DNA of 64,000 bases from Chrysomallon squamiferum (Eukaryota; Animalia; Mollusca). The notes under the pieces are model-generated. The model made no database searches. It saw only the letters and a list, made by a program, of their open reading frames with translations, and was not told the DNA's origin. Positions 12,000-23,843 of this stretch are shown here, one piece after another. The position numbers were made by a program, and so were the translations under genes. Numbering within the stretch: position 1 is the first letter of the stretch; the number at the start of each line of letters is the position of its first letter. The stretch is from assembly GCA_012295275.1 (NCBI GenBank), contig CM022671.1, positions 18,042,001-18,106,000 on the forward strand, in the 5' to 3' direction.

Positions 12000-12758
12000 T
12001 TAAATAAACGAAGCATGGGATTGATGAGTGGGAAACAAGTCGGGCTGTTGGTTTTTAAAGAGTTTCTGGTAATAGCTCACTGAATATATGACCTGATGAA
12101 TTTTCTCTTCTTCAATGGATGGCAAAGCTTCTTTACCTTCGTTATGCTTTATGTTGTATAGGTTTCGCACGTGCTTCAACAGAGCGTTAAAAGAGAGGCT
12201 CCTGTCAAACACTTCCATCGGCTTCAGCTCTTGGAGCATTCTCTTCGCGGCTCTGCGTCGCTTGCTGGTGGAGCTGATGTGACAAATACCTTCTTCGATC
12301 AGCTTGTGAAGCTTTGGTCTGTCCAAGCCAGTAGTTCGCGATTTGGAATATTCGTCGATCTTGACGCGCGAATTACTCATTTGTGACAGGCTAAACGGCG
12401 AACTACGATAATTTTCCCACGCCAAAATTTGCCGTGGATCGGTCTTGTGTTGGTGTGGACATTCTTTTTCATGATCCTGCACTTCCTGCAGCGCGGCTTC
12501 TTTTAGAAGAGCCTTTAAAGCTTGGTGCTGTTGTAAATTCTGTTTGTACTTGTTGACTATCTGCATGTTTCTTCTTTCGAAAAGAGTTCGCTGGAACTCG
12601 ACTCGTTTTTCGGCTATGTGAAACTTGCTCGATTCCGACGCGTTTAACACTTCTGCTTTTTTTAAGTGATCGGACGTGATTCGTTCTATTGCCTCCATTT
12701 TAGATTCTTTGCGAATTCGACCGAGTTCGTCCACGATCACCCGCCGTGGATTCCTCAT
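12000..12758 (-). CDS. Uncharacterised protein A2 (252 aa), diverged duplicate of A1
   Basis: Open ORF with about 38 aa differences from A1 (counted by eye) and a stop 4 codons earlier. Confidence 0.85.
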   Translation of the reverse strand: MRNPRRVIVDELGRIRKESKMEAIERITSDHLKKAEVLNASESSKFHIAEKRVEFQRTLFERRNMQIVNKYKQNLQQHQALKALLKEAALQEVQDHEKECPHQHKTDPRQILAWENYRSSPFSLSQMSNSRVKIDEYSKSRTTGLDRPKLHKLIEEGICHISSTSKRRRAAKRMLQELKPMEVFDRSLSFNALLKHVRNLYNIKHNEGKEALPSIEEEKIHQVIYSVSYYQKLFKNQQPDLFPTHQSHASFI

Positions 12759-13668
12759 AACTGCAGATGTTTGTTATGACGATTTAAAAAGACCAACACA
12801 TACACTGGATTTAATGTGTTAAAATAAAGCTGAAAATGAATGGCCCTTCAACATTTTTCCCGATCCATTAATTTCAAAACATAATTATTTCGACCTATTT
12901 GAGAATTTCGCACAAGACATGATTAATTGCTAAGTTGGCCGTTTGTGGAATTTAATTGTGACGTCATTCCCTCTGCAGTATAAATAGATATTCACTTGAT
13001 AGCTAAAAATGTTAAAGCAATTCTTAAATATAGAAAATTTGTAATTAAATATTACAATAGGCGTTAAAAAGAGAAAAGAAAACAGAAATAACCAAAAGTC
13101 ATCAACAATAATAAGTACTATAGTATTAATATTAATGATAATAAGAAAAATAACAAAATTAATAACTACAGAACAGTTTTTATAAACAAGTAGGCAACGT
13201 AAGTAGATTACTTGCTGACGTCAAACCATTTCAATATTTCCTGGTAAGGAGGGGGATTATTGTCTTTATTTTTTAATTTTTATTTTTTTTTTGAATGTAG
13301 AATAGCGATGTACAGAAAAAAGACAAATGATGTGTATTCTTGGTGAAAAAGATTAAAGACAGATCAGAAAGACCATATAAACTTTCAAGCATGAAACTGC
13401 ACAAGGATAAAATAATAGTAATCATAATAAAATAAATAAATAACGTTGCTATAGAACAAGTCTTCTTTTTTTCTTCTTCTTTTTTTTTTAAAATTATTAT
13501 TATTATTATTATTAATTCGATAAGGAACTGTCATCAGAATCAAACTCGTAGATTTTCACTTTCAGGTTGAAGATTTTCTTGTTTGTGTTTTTGTTGTTTG
13601 TTTTTGTTCTTTTAATTAAAAGAAATAAGAAATATTTGGATGTTGAGGCATCTCTCAAATCAGGCGGG

Positions 13669-13730
<62 letters not shown>

Positions 13731-14452
13731 TAAGGTAGACCATTAGGAAGAAAGAAAGAAAGAAAAAAGTAATCTAAGTTTTATCTCACATTTATTATAA
13801 TATTTCTACTGTTTTCTTTTCTTTTCTCTTTTTCCTTCCTTTTTTTTGTTTGTTTGTTTTGTTTTTTGTATTTATTATTTTTTGTTTATTTATTCACTTT
13901 TCGGAGTAAAAAAAGTAAACTTCTGAAATACACACATACATGCACACGCACACAGACACATTAACGCGATATACGTTAATATAACTTAACGATTACATAA
14001 TATATAATTCCAGCAATAACTGATGTTATCATGTTATCTAATATAGGAAGATATTTAGTACATTTAAAAAAAAAAAAAAAAAAAATTGTTAATAAATTGC
14101 ACTGTTTAAACAGTGGTATGAGATTAGTCATCACTGGGGTAGTCGAGCAATAATTCAGTAATGGCGGATGTAAAAAGTTAGAACAATATTTGAAAGACAT
14201 TTATACTTAAAAACTGATAGTCATCGTCGCCCGACCCTCACTAACGACACTGAATAACGATTTTCTCTCCTTTTATTTTTAACAATTAAACTTTTGCATT
14301 ATGTTTGATCCAATTAAAGTCTGTACACATTTTGCTGACGTTTTAACTAACCATACTGAAACTGCTTTGCCATATTTGGAAAGAGTTACACATCAACCAA
14401 ATATTTTCTCCAGTGACTGAAGTTAGAAAAATGAAAAACCTCTGGTTTGCAC

Positions 14453-14508
<56 letters not shown>

Positions 14509-14511
14509 CTA

Positions 14512-15243
14512 TCATCTGCGACTGCTTTGCGTAAGAAACATGGACGGCAGACTTATGTCCCTTTGTGATGTCATTTTTGGTTTGTCGCGAGACCATGATG
14601 CACTTTTAGAGGAACGGCCAGTCATATCTTTGGTCATGAAAATTGGAGGCAAAATTAACATTGTTGTCTGTCTTTTAATATAATCAGTCCCAGCACCTTC
14701 AGTATTTGAATACTGACGACCGCGTTTCTCTCGTATGTGCCGCAGGAGCGGAGAAATCGACGTGTTTGTATCGAACATTACAGTAGGTTTCCGTTCCAGT
14801 AAGAGTTTCCTTGCAGCTCTTATTCTTCGCGCTGTTGAACTGCAGTCTTTGATTCTCTGTTCGACAAGAGACTGCATTTCCAGTCTGCTGACGTTAAATT
14901 CCGCGTGTTTGTTACAGTCGGAATTGACGTCGTCGTCATCGCTGTCTTTTCTAGCGATGTCGTCAAGAACGTGTTTGTATGCCAAATGCTCTCTCAGGTT
15001 TTGTTTATATCGGTTAACTTCGGCTAGAATTCTTCGTTGGAACATCCTTCTAGAAGATTCGATCTGCTGCCGCTGTAATTCGAATCTGATGTTTTCTGAT
15101 TTGTTCAGATTTTCGGTTATGTTGGAACGATTTGCACACTGTCTTTCGACAGCTTCCACTCTTTCTTCCACGTAAATTTTCCCAGTATTTTCGTCGAAAA
15201 TCACACGTCGGGATCGCTTCGTACAACTAGCATCGTTGGTCAT
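14512..15243 (-). CDS. Uncharacterised protein B2 (~243 aa from first ATG), duplicate of B1
   Basis: Open ORF with 3 aa differences from B1 across the 250-codon ORF-track frame. Confidence 0.85.
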   Translation of the reverse strand: MTNDASCTKRSRRVIFDENTGKIYVEERVEAVERQCANRSNITENLNKSENIRFELQRQQIESSRRMFQRRILAEVNRYKQNLREHLAYKHVLDDIARKDSDDDDVNSDCNKHAEFNVSRLEMQSLVEQRIKDCSSTARRIRAARKLLLERKPTVMFDTNTSISPLLRHIREKRGRQYSNTEGAGTDYIKRQTTMLILPPIFMTKDMTGRSSKSASWSRDKPKMTSQRDISLPSMFLTQSSRR

Positions 15244-17429
15244 GTTTAAGATTTTATTCTCCACTTTCTTATTATCCGTCTGTTGAAAGAAACCAAATAT
15301 CGTTCTATGTATTCATAATGAAAATGATCGTCCTTCTTCAACAAAAATCTGTGGCATACTGAATAACGAACAATACTTTTATTTGCGTCTTTGTTCTGGA
15401 AACCTGCGCACGACAGTTTAAGCATGATAAGGCGATTTCTCACCAGCCTGTTACATATCTGACAAATGTGGTAATTTGCCGTAGTCAGCTTATGTGTTCT
15501 GGAAATAATCATTCTAATAACTCATGTTTAACGCAGGGATTGTTGTAGGCCTGCATGTTACTTTACAACTGAGATCACTGACATTTATATATAATGGGCT
15601 TTATCGTAGTTAGAATAAATATACCCCACACACACACACACATACACACACACACTAGTATATAATACAATTACCACATACGCAAGCTTTAAAGAGCAAT
15701 CTGGGAACAGCATTCTTTTTTCAAAATATACACTCACGTAGACACATTTTCTGACATAATAATTATTTCATTTATTCCTTGACGAAATACTAACCTTCAT
15801 TAGAAACAGAGAGAAAAAATTGGCAGCATTAGGCAGGTGCCACACCAATAAATAAAGGACTGCGTACCCTAAATAAATCACTGCAAAATTTAAGATGGAT
15901 TATTTTTTACATATAATAAAATAAATTAAAAAATTCAGCTAATTAATTCGTGAATATGATGTAAATAATTTGAAGATATTAAGTTTAATGTTCAGTATCG
16001 ATTTGATTGTTCACGTCAAAGATCTGTGGTTTTGACTGATCGGGAATGACGTCATGGATAAAGTTGATAAACATCTGACGTATAGCTTAATAATTTAGAT
16101 GCCCCCACAGTTGATGAAATTTAAATGGAAATTTTTGACACCTAATGAACGTGATTTTCAAATGGATTAAACTCAAAAATGGAAAGTGAAAAACATTGTT
16201 TTCTTAGCTTAAATGCTGTTGGATAAGCGAAGGTGAAAAGATAATAATAATTAAATTGTAATGTTTTTGCTAATGTAATGGGTGTAAAATAAATGATTAA
16301 ATAGAAATAATAAATTAAAAATTAAATAAATGATAAAAATGTCAGCTAGTTATTTTTTAATTTAACAAGTTCCCCTCCCCACAGCTTGTTTTTGATCTCT
16401 GAGATATGCTTCACGTTTATGGGAATATGTATAATGTAAAAGAGTCCATAATGATACAATAACTCTCTTACATCGTCATTTTATTTGACAATAACTATTT
16501 TTGCTGAAACCATGTACATCGGAAAGGTTCGTTTCCTTCTGCTGGAAAGTGTATTCATGTTATATTATTTTGCAAACGTGCGTATGTGTTTAAAAAAAAC
16601 AACCAACAAAACAATCATTTCAGATTATATTAACTTTAGAGCACATCAACACACAGGCACATTTTAAATCTAGAAGATTACTGAGTTGTTATCGTACAAA
16701 AACGATTGAAAGAAAGTGTAAAATAATTATATTAGTCGTTATCAATTGATACAGATATTTTCTTGACTTAGCTTCACGCTCTGGTGGTAGTAAATCCGAA
16801 TACATGCAAGAACACTGCTTTCTAGGGCACAAAAATCAGGACACTGTATTCTGTATGTTGCATGAGGATCAAGCAACGAGGCGGATCTAAACCAGAAGGA
16901 GCACGAGAAACGATTTTAATTCATATTGCTTCAACATTTTAATCCAAATCAGAAATACCGTGTTTAAAATTATTGAAAGATTTGTAGTGATCTATCATGG
17001 AACTAACCCACAAAAGAAAATAACAGTGGTTATCTAGACCATACTGATGCTTAGTAAGAGCCCCCATACCAATGCAAGTTCAAAAACCTAAAAATGTTGT
17101 TTAAAATGTCGCCCATCCTAATATTATCCCCTTGATTAGAATGTATTAGTAAAAACAAATTTTAGCGTGACGTAATTATATTAATTTTTTGCTTTACACT
17201 AAATATTTACTAAATATAGGAATAATAAAAAGTTTAAATTTGATTTACATTTGTATTATACTGTTATAGACTTCAAATTTCCTTGGCAACACTCAGGTGT
17301 CATACTAATATATCATAACAGCGTTATTAATTAGCGTTAACATCGTTTTTATTTTTATTATTACAGTTCCGCTCTTACATTCTGAAGTTCAGTGGGCGTC
17401 GGGTTTAAATTATACTGAATTAATCTGCG

Positions 17430-17951
17430 ATGGGAAGTCGGCACGTGCTTTATGACAAATTCTGTGGCAAATTTTACATAGAGTCGAGAAATGAGAAAGT
17501 TCACAGACTCCTCAAAATCCACAGAGTTGGAACAGAAACCTTGAACAGGTGTTCAGATCTGAATTTCAAGTTTCGCATGAGGCAAGTGGAAGCAGCGAAA
17601 AAGCTGTTTGAACGAAGAAGCAACGCCTTTGCAGCTGCACACCGAGATAAGTTGAGAGAACACGTGGCAATATACAGCGTTCTAGAAGAATGTTCCGATC
17701 ATCACATCAGGGGTAGGAAACAGGCTTGTGATGGACGTCACGTCATTGGCATTGACAGACTGGAATTCAGAAACCGCGTTGAAGAAAAACTGAAAGAGCT
17801 GACACCACACGCAAGGAGGCGAAGGGCCGCCAAATATTTGCTGTCGGCCCAGAAAGGTAACGATGTTCTCCTGGTAGGAGAATCAGAATGGACTCTCAGT
17901 CGAAATTCAGATAAAAAATCAGAACTGTCATTTAGAACGGCTACATCGTGA
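17430..17951 (+). CDS. Uncharacterised protein C2 (173 aa), duplicate of C1
   Basis: Open ORF with 3 aa differences from C1. Confidence 0.85.
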   Translation: MGSRHVLYDKFCGKFYIESRNEKVHRLLKIHRVGTETLNRCSDLNFKFRMRQVEAAKKLFERRSNAFAAAHRDKLREHVAIYSVLEECSDHHIRGRKQACDGRHVIGIDRLEFRNRVEEKLKELTPHARRRRAAKYLLSAQKGNDVLLVGESEWTLSRNSDKKSELSFRTATS

Positions 17952-18816
17952 TAATGATGAATTTTAATTGCATTTCAGTTTCAGCTTGCCAATCTTAGTA
18001 ATAAACTGGTGTTTTACACTCTTCCTTTGCAATAAATGATATGATTTTCGACTTTATATCATATATTATAATTAGAGACAGTCTAAAAAAAATGTTTTTA
18101 TGCAGCATAATGAAGGCAACAAAATACAACTGTTCAAATTTAGTGATGCTACTCATACTAATTTTTACCTATTATGAAAAACATGGTATTGTACATTATA
18201 GTTATCTTGAGTGGTTATACCCAGCGATAAATAGCATGTTCGTGGTTATTAAAGGCACGAGAAAGACTGGATCGTAATACCGGCTAGGGATTTGTTAGAT
18301 CAGACTATTGTTTAACATGTTGCGTTTTCTGAAAAAATGCCAACAGCCCATCAGACATTGCCCTATCAACCACTGGAAAGCTTGTACAGTGGCAACAAGG
18401 ATTTCCTGTCATGATTTCAACTTGCAATAACCAAGCCTCAGATAAAATACTGGCTATGGTTGCTTTCCTCTCGTATCATTATATATGTAATGTATTGACC
18501 AAAAAGAGGAAAATATTTTGAATTTTGCATCCAAGAACATTTTTTTTTTTTTACTGATAACAAAAACACATTAGCCATTCAGTGAACTCAATTTATTCTG
18601 TAATTCTTTTTCCTGTGCTTGTCCAGTCAAAAGTCAGTATAGCACAGATATCAATTTTTTTTTTTTTCCATTTTCGTTTTTATCTACAACTGCATTTCAC
18701 ACTAAAACCAAATTGGACAACCACCCAAAAGATATAACAGTTATTAAACATTATATATATATTTATATTTTGTTGTATGCTACATGATTGAACAAGCACT
18801 ACATGCGAAGAGAGGG

Positions 18817-19207
18817 TTAGAGTGCTGCAGCTCCAGAAATGATTTCGATAAGTTCCCTGGTGATAACAGCCTGTCTTGTTCTGTTGAATGACATTCTCAG
18901 TTTATCAATCATCTCACCTGAAGAGAAAGAGAGAGAAAAAACAAATTATTTTTATAGTATTAATAACATTTATAAGTAAATAATTGAAACAAAGATAATA
19001 ATTTAAATTTAGCAACAAGTATCTGCACTAATATCCAAGTTTTATTCTTTTTTTTATTTTTATATATATTTTTTTTCAAAGGGAATGACTGTGATTTCCT
19101 TGCAGTAAATGTATATATATATTTTTTTTGTTTGTTTGTTTGTTTTGCAGTTGGTTTTAATGATTCTTTTCTAACAAATTTGTGATAAATTTACAAAATA
19201 TGATAGA

Positions 19208-19239
<32 letters not shown>

Positions 19240-19451
19240 TATCAAACTTCCAAAACAGATTACACATTCTTAGTTTTACATTTTAACAAGAATTTGAAAA
19301 TATCTCATATTTTAAAACTGATAACTATAAGGAAATACAAGAACATCACTATATCTGGCATAAATTGAACATTCCTCAAGCAAAACATTTTGAAAAGAAA
19401 TATTTTCTCTTCAGTATTTCACTGCAATGTATTCATTCTTTATTTAATGTG

Positions 19452-19498
<47 letters not shown>

Positions 19499-22054
19499 GT
19501 AAAGAAAGAATGAAATTAAAATTAAAATTAAAATTAAAATTAAAATTAAAATTAAAATTAAAATTAAAATTAAAATTAAAATTAAAATTAAAATTAAATA
19601 AAATAAAAGATAAATTAATAAATAAAAAGACAGGTGATCTTACCAGCATTCTTGGTGGCACCGTCCATAGCGGTCATTCTCTGACTCTGCTCTGTAGCTG
19701 CTGCTTCTTTCATGGCATGGAAGAGCTGACTGACCAGAGCAAACTCGTTATATGATCTGATGACCTCGTCGTCCAGACTGTCGTACAGGTGAAGTTTCTC
19801 AGCCGAGTTGATAGCCTCCAGATTAAAAAGAGGCAACTCCGTTGTTTTGTACGACACTATGGTCCTAAAAAAATAATTGTAAAATTTTATTAAAATGATT
19901 GCAGAATGAATCTTAACAAAGTAACAGTTCTTACTGCTTAAAAATAATAAAATTAATAAAAAGTACTGATTTATCTGTTATTAAAATGGTAGTAGATGGA
20001 ATGAAAAAATGGTGATCTCCAATGATAATTTGAAGAAAATAACTTACTTGAATCTGTTATAGAACAACTTGGTTACATCAAACTTATAACCCAACTCAAT
20101 GATGGCATCAGCCACTACAGCAGCATCAGCAAACACTGGTGGCCTTTTTCCAATGTCATTGAACGACATCAATATATTTGGCTTGAAGAGTCTGAAAAGA
20201 AAAAAGAAGGCATATAGAAATATGCAGTCTGTGAACATGAAATAGGTATAAATTACTAAAATGCTGGAACAATAAAGAACATATGGAAAATAATTTGTTT
20301 ACTTGTTTTTTTAAAATAATATTTCATTTAATGATACAATAAACTTATAAAGACACACAAATACACACACACACACACACATTTGTGCTAGGTGGGAGCC
20401 AAGAACAGTATCACTGGTGTTCAGACAAAATATTTTTAAAAAAATGATGCGAGACAAATGAAGGGCAGAACTTTAATAAACATCAAAACATGAAAAAATT
20501 TAACATTTTCCTGAAATCAAAGAGTATTTAACTACTCAGATTTTTCTACTTTGAAATGTTGGTCTTTTATGGGTTTTACAGATAAGTGGGAACCATGAAT
20601 AAATCAGGAAACCTACTACAATCATGTGACAGATGTTTTCATTTTTTAAATTAACAGCAAATAATCTTTCACAAGCACTTTCAAAACATGTGAAAAGAAA
20701 ACACTAAGTTGGGGGTAATAACTGAAATAATAGACAAAAAAAAAAAGACAAAAAAAATGAAAAAAGTAATAATAAATAATTAAATAATTAAACACCTCAC
20801 CTCAGAAATTTTTTTTTTAAAAAGTAAAAAAAAAAAAAAAAAAAAATTAAATAAAATAAAATAAAATAGAAAATATGCATAGAAAACTATGAGGACTGAT
20901 CTTCTGTTAAGTGACCTTCGCACACATACACAATATCTTCTTACTGATTTATTTTAAGAACCTACCTCTGCAACATTGTCTTGGATTTGTCTCCAATACA
21001 AATGAGCTTGATGTCCAAACCAGGTTTCTCTTCTTGAAGAATACCACGGATCCTCTTTGAGACACTGGAGTGGACACCACCACATAAACCTCTGTCAGAT
21101 GTCAAGGCAATGTACAAATGATTAGGCTGACTCTCATCCTGTTTGACCTCTGCCTTCTCATAAAAAGCTGGAACAAAGCATTATTATTAACACTGAAAAT
21201 CATTTCAATAAGCAGAATTTTAAAATGGTGAAAATAAATTATTTTTTAATAAAGCAGTTGTATTAAGCATCCTTTTATTATCAAACTTCAACCCCCAAAA
21301 AAAAAATGTACTGAAAGAAAGACTGAACATAAATGGGGTGGAGAGACATAATCTTAGGAAGTGCAAAAAGTCATCAAACTAAATAGCAGTTTTGTCACAG
21401 AAAACCCAGATTTGTTTTCAGCAGTCCATTTTTTCGAATACTAAAATTTATTTAAAAAAAAAAGAAATAAAAATAAAATTTAAAAATCAAGAAGAAAAAA
21501 ATTCCCTAATTTTAGCTACTAATAAAATATAAACACAAAAAATGAAAAGTAATCAGGTACATCATACAGAATAAATCTCATTATGCCATGATATTTTAAT
21601 ACATTTTAATACTCTACATTTAAATATGCCCTTTAATTTATAATACTTTGTGATTCAGAAATTCTGTTCTTTAGTTTGTCGAAAATGCTGTTTATTACCT
21701 TGAGCTCCAAGACCAAAAGGTCTTGCAGGTCTCAGCTCTCTCTCAGCACGAGAGAACTTTGCTGCAGACACCATCTTCATTGACTTTGTAATCTTCTGAA
21801 TGTTGGTTACTGACTTCAACCGTAGACGAACTAAAATAAGTTTGTAGTCACATATTTAAATATATTATAATATTACTAATACAGATCTTAATTCACATAC
21901 TAATTAAGTTGTTTTCACTATCTGGTTTTGATGCAGAGATGTTTGTAACATGAAGTAAGTCTGAATATTAAAAACTTTTGAAAATAAAGTAATCTGTCTG
22001 AGCACTTTTGCAGTGAAACTGAGCAATAATAATAATATTAATATTAATATTTAC

Positions 22055-22101
<47 letters not shown>

Positions 22102-23508
22102 GTAGAAGAAGAAGAAAATATCCAACAACAATCTGAACAAACATAGGCAGCTCCATATTAAAAAAGATTTGATAGATATTTTTTTTTTACAGATTTGATG
22201 AATTTTGTCATTATCTTGGTTTCTAAAATACAAATCAACTGATATAATTATTTCTCATAATATGAAAAAAACAATTACAATATACAAAAATCAATCAGCT
22301 CAAAAGAGAAAGGTTTCACTCCAATAAAACATTTAGTTTTAATATTAATGCTTATAATTTAATATTTTAAAAAAATTTCTCACACAAATATAGAAGATAT
22401 CGCCATATAATAAATATTACTTACTGTCTTTCAGGGTTGCCATGCCTCGCACCTGAGTACTGAGAAGTAAGAAAAAAAACATTTAGGTAAAAATTAAAAT
22501 ATGTAGTAAGTAAAAGGTAATGGAAGCCTGTAGCAAATACTGCGTTAAAATTTGAATGATATTTCTGTATGAGGCTATCAATAACATTTACTGAATTCAT
22601 TTGAAATGTTTATTGACCAAAACTATAGTAAAGCATATACAGTGAATATATCAATTTAATGCAAAAACAAACAAAATAAAATTATACCATCATTATTATT
22701 TTACAGTTTAAGTACAAAATAAAAGGTAAAATTCATTATATAAAGATTTACTTCTCTACATTTGTTCCATATAGTTCTATCTGCTTTTTTTTTTTTTTTG
22801 CATTGTAATTCAAAGACAAATAACTTGACGCTTGTTTTAGTACTCGTCAATTTGAAGTGAAAGCTGTTTGATAACGATCACGAAGTTGGTCATCATTTTT
22901 ATCTTTAATTAGTACCACAACCATGTGAGTTAGTATTACATTTACAATACATATATTACAATAAATACCATTTTTGGTTCCAAAATAAATTAATTTTTGA
23001 TTCAGTGAATATTTGGATAATAGACTCCATTTCTGTGCAACGATTCGAAATTATTCTGCTTCAAAATGCTGGATTAAACCATTAAAAAGAGAACATTTCA
23101 CGTTAGATAAATGTTCATTCAAAGTTTTGGGATTTGGTAAATAACGTATCTAAGGACCTGCTGTAATTTATAGTCACAATAACGATGTTAATTATTAAAT
23201 TTACGAATTTTAAATAATAATATAATAAAGTTAATAAAAATTAACAAATGAATCTAAAGTATGCATTTTACTAAATTACTACTTTCTGAATAAAACCTAA
23301 TTCGGTTTTGAGGGCAGTCATTTCACCTTGAACTACTCAATGCACACTAACGCATACCAGCTCTAAAAAGTTTGAAGCAGTTAATAGTGTTTAAAAATAA
23401 ACACTTGATATTCATGGCTGAAAGTAAAATATGTTTAGCAGAGTTAAATTTCAAATTATACCATTGTGGCGTTAAAATCTGAGCTGATCTCGACAGCAAG
23501 GCCTCCAT
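18817..23508 (-). CDS. ATP5F1C: Mitochondrial ATP synthase F1 subunit gamma, 7 exons, 293 aa
   Basis: Exons 23462-23508, 22425-22459, 21699-21830, 20966-21167, 20048-20191, 19644-19864, 18817-18917, all GT-AG, total 882 nt in frame. Hallmarks: presequence ..[82 protein letters not shown]. Confidence 0.97.
19513..19597 (+). repeat. (AAATTA)n microsatellite
   Basis: About 14 hexamer units; a shorter version sits at the paralogous site ~9523-9566. Confidence 0.95.
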
Positions 23509-23843
23509 CTTGACCGGTGACGAAGGTGAGGCTTAGTCTCGGTTTACATTATTCCTTTTTCAGAAAGTACGATCGAGACTAAATGGAGGATTCCCGATAC
23601 CATCACGATACCGAAACGACAACTACATGTCACAAACTGCGCCAACGAAATTCTTATATTCTGATACCATCGAATGAAACTTCACCGGCACTACACAAAT
23701 ACTAGCGTCATTGCATCAGAACATGTTGTTTTGGACCATGTAGTGATTTTATTCATATCGGTTGTGTTTCGTCTACGAAATAAAAGAAGCCTTGACATTG
23801 TAAAACCCTTGTAATAGTTTGTTTCCCGGTAAATTTTGAGAAA
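23509..23843. promoter_or_regulatory. Probable bidirectional promoter between ATP5F1C and the MADF-BESS gene
   Basis: The two start codons point away from each other only 335 bp apart, and the interval is locally CpG-enriched. Confidence 0.7.

Larger units (their letters stand above)
10307..20346. repeat. Tandem segmental duplication, unit 2 (~10.0 kb)
   Basis: Collinear with 68-10313. Ends at GATACAATAAACTT (20346) inside ATP5F1C intron 4, the same sequence that closes unit 1 at 10313. Confidence 0.97.

Noticed and set aside
68-20346. Duplication as a pure haplotig assembly artefact
   Set aside because: Judged less likely given the exact microhomology junction and ~15% protein divergence of gene A, but not excluded without reads.
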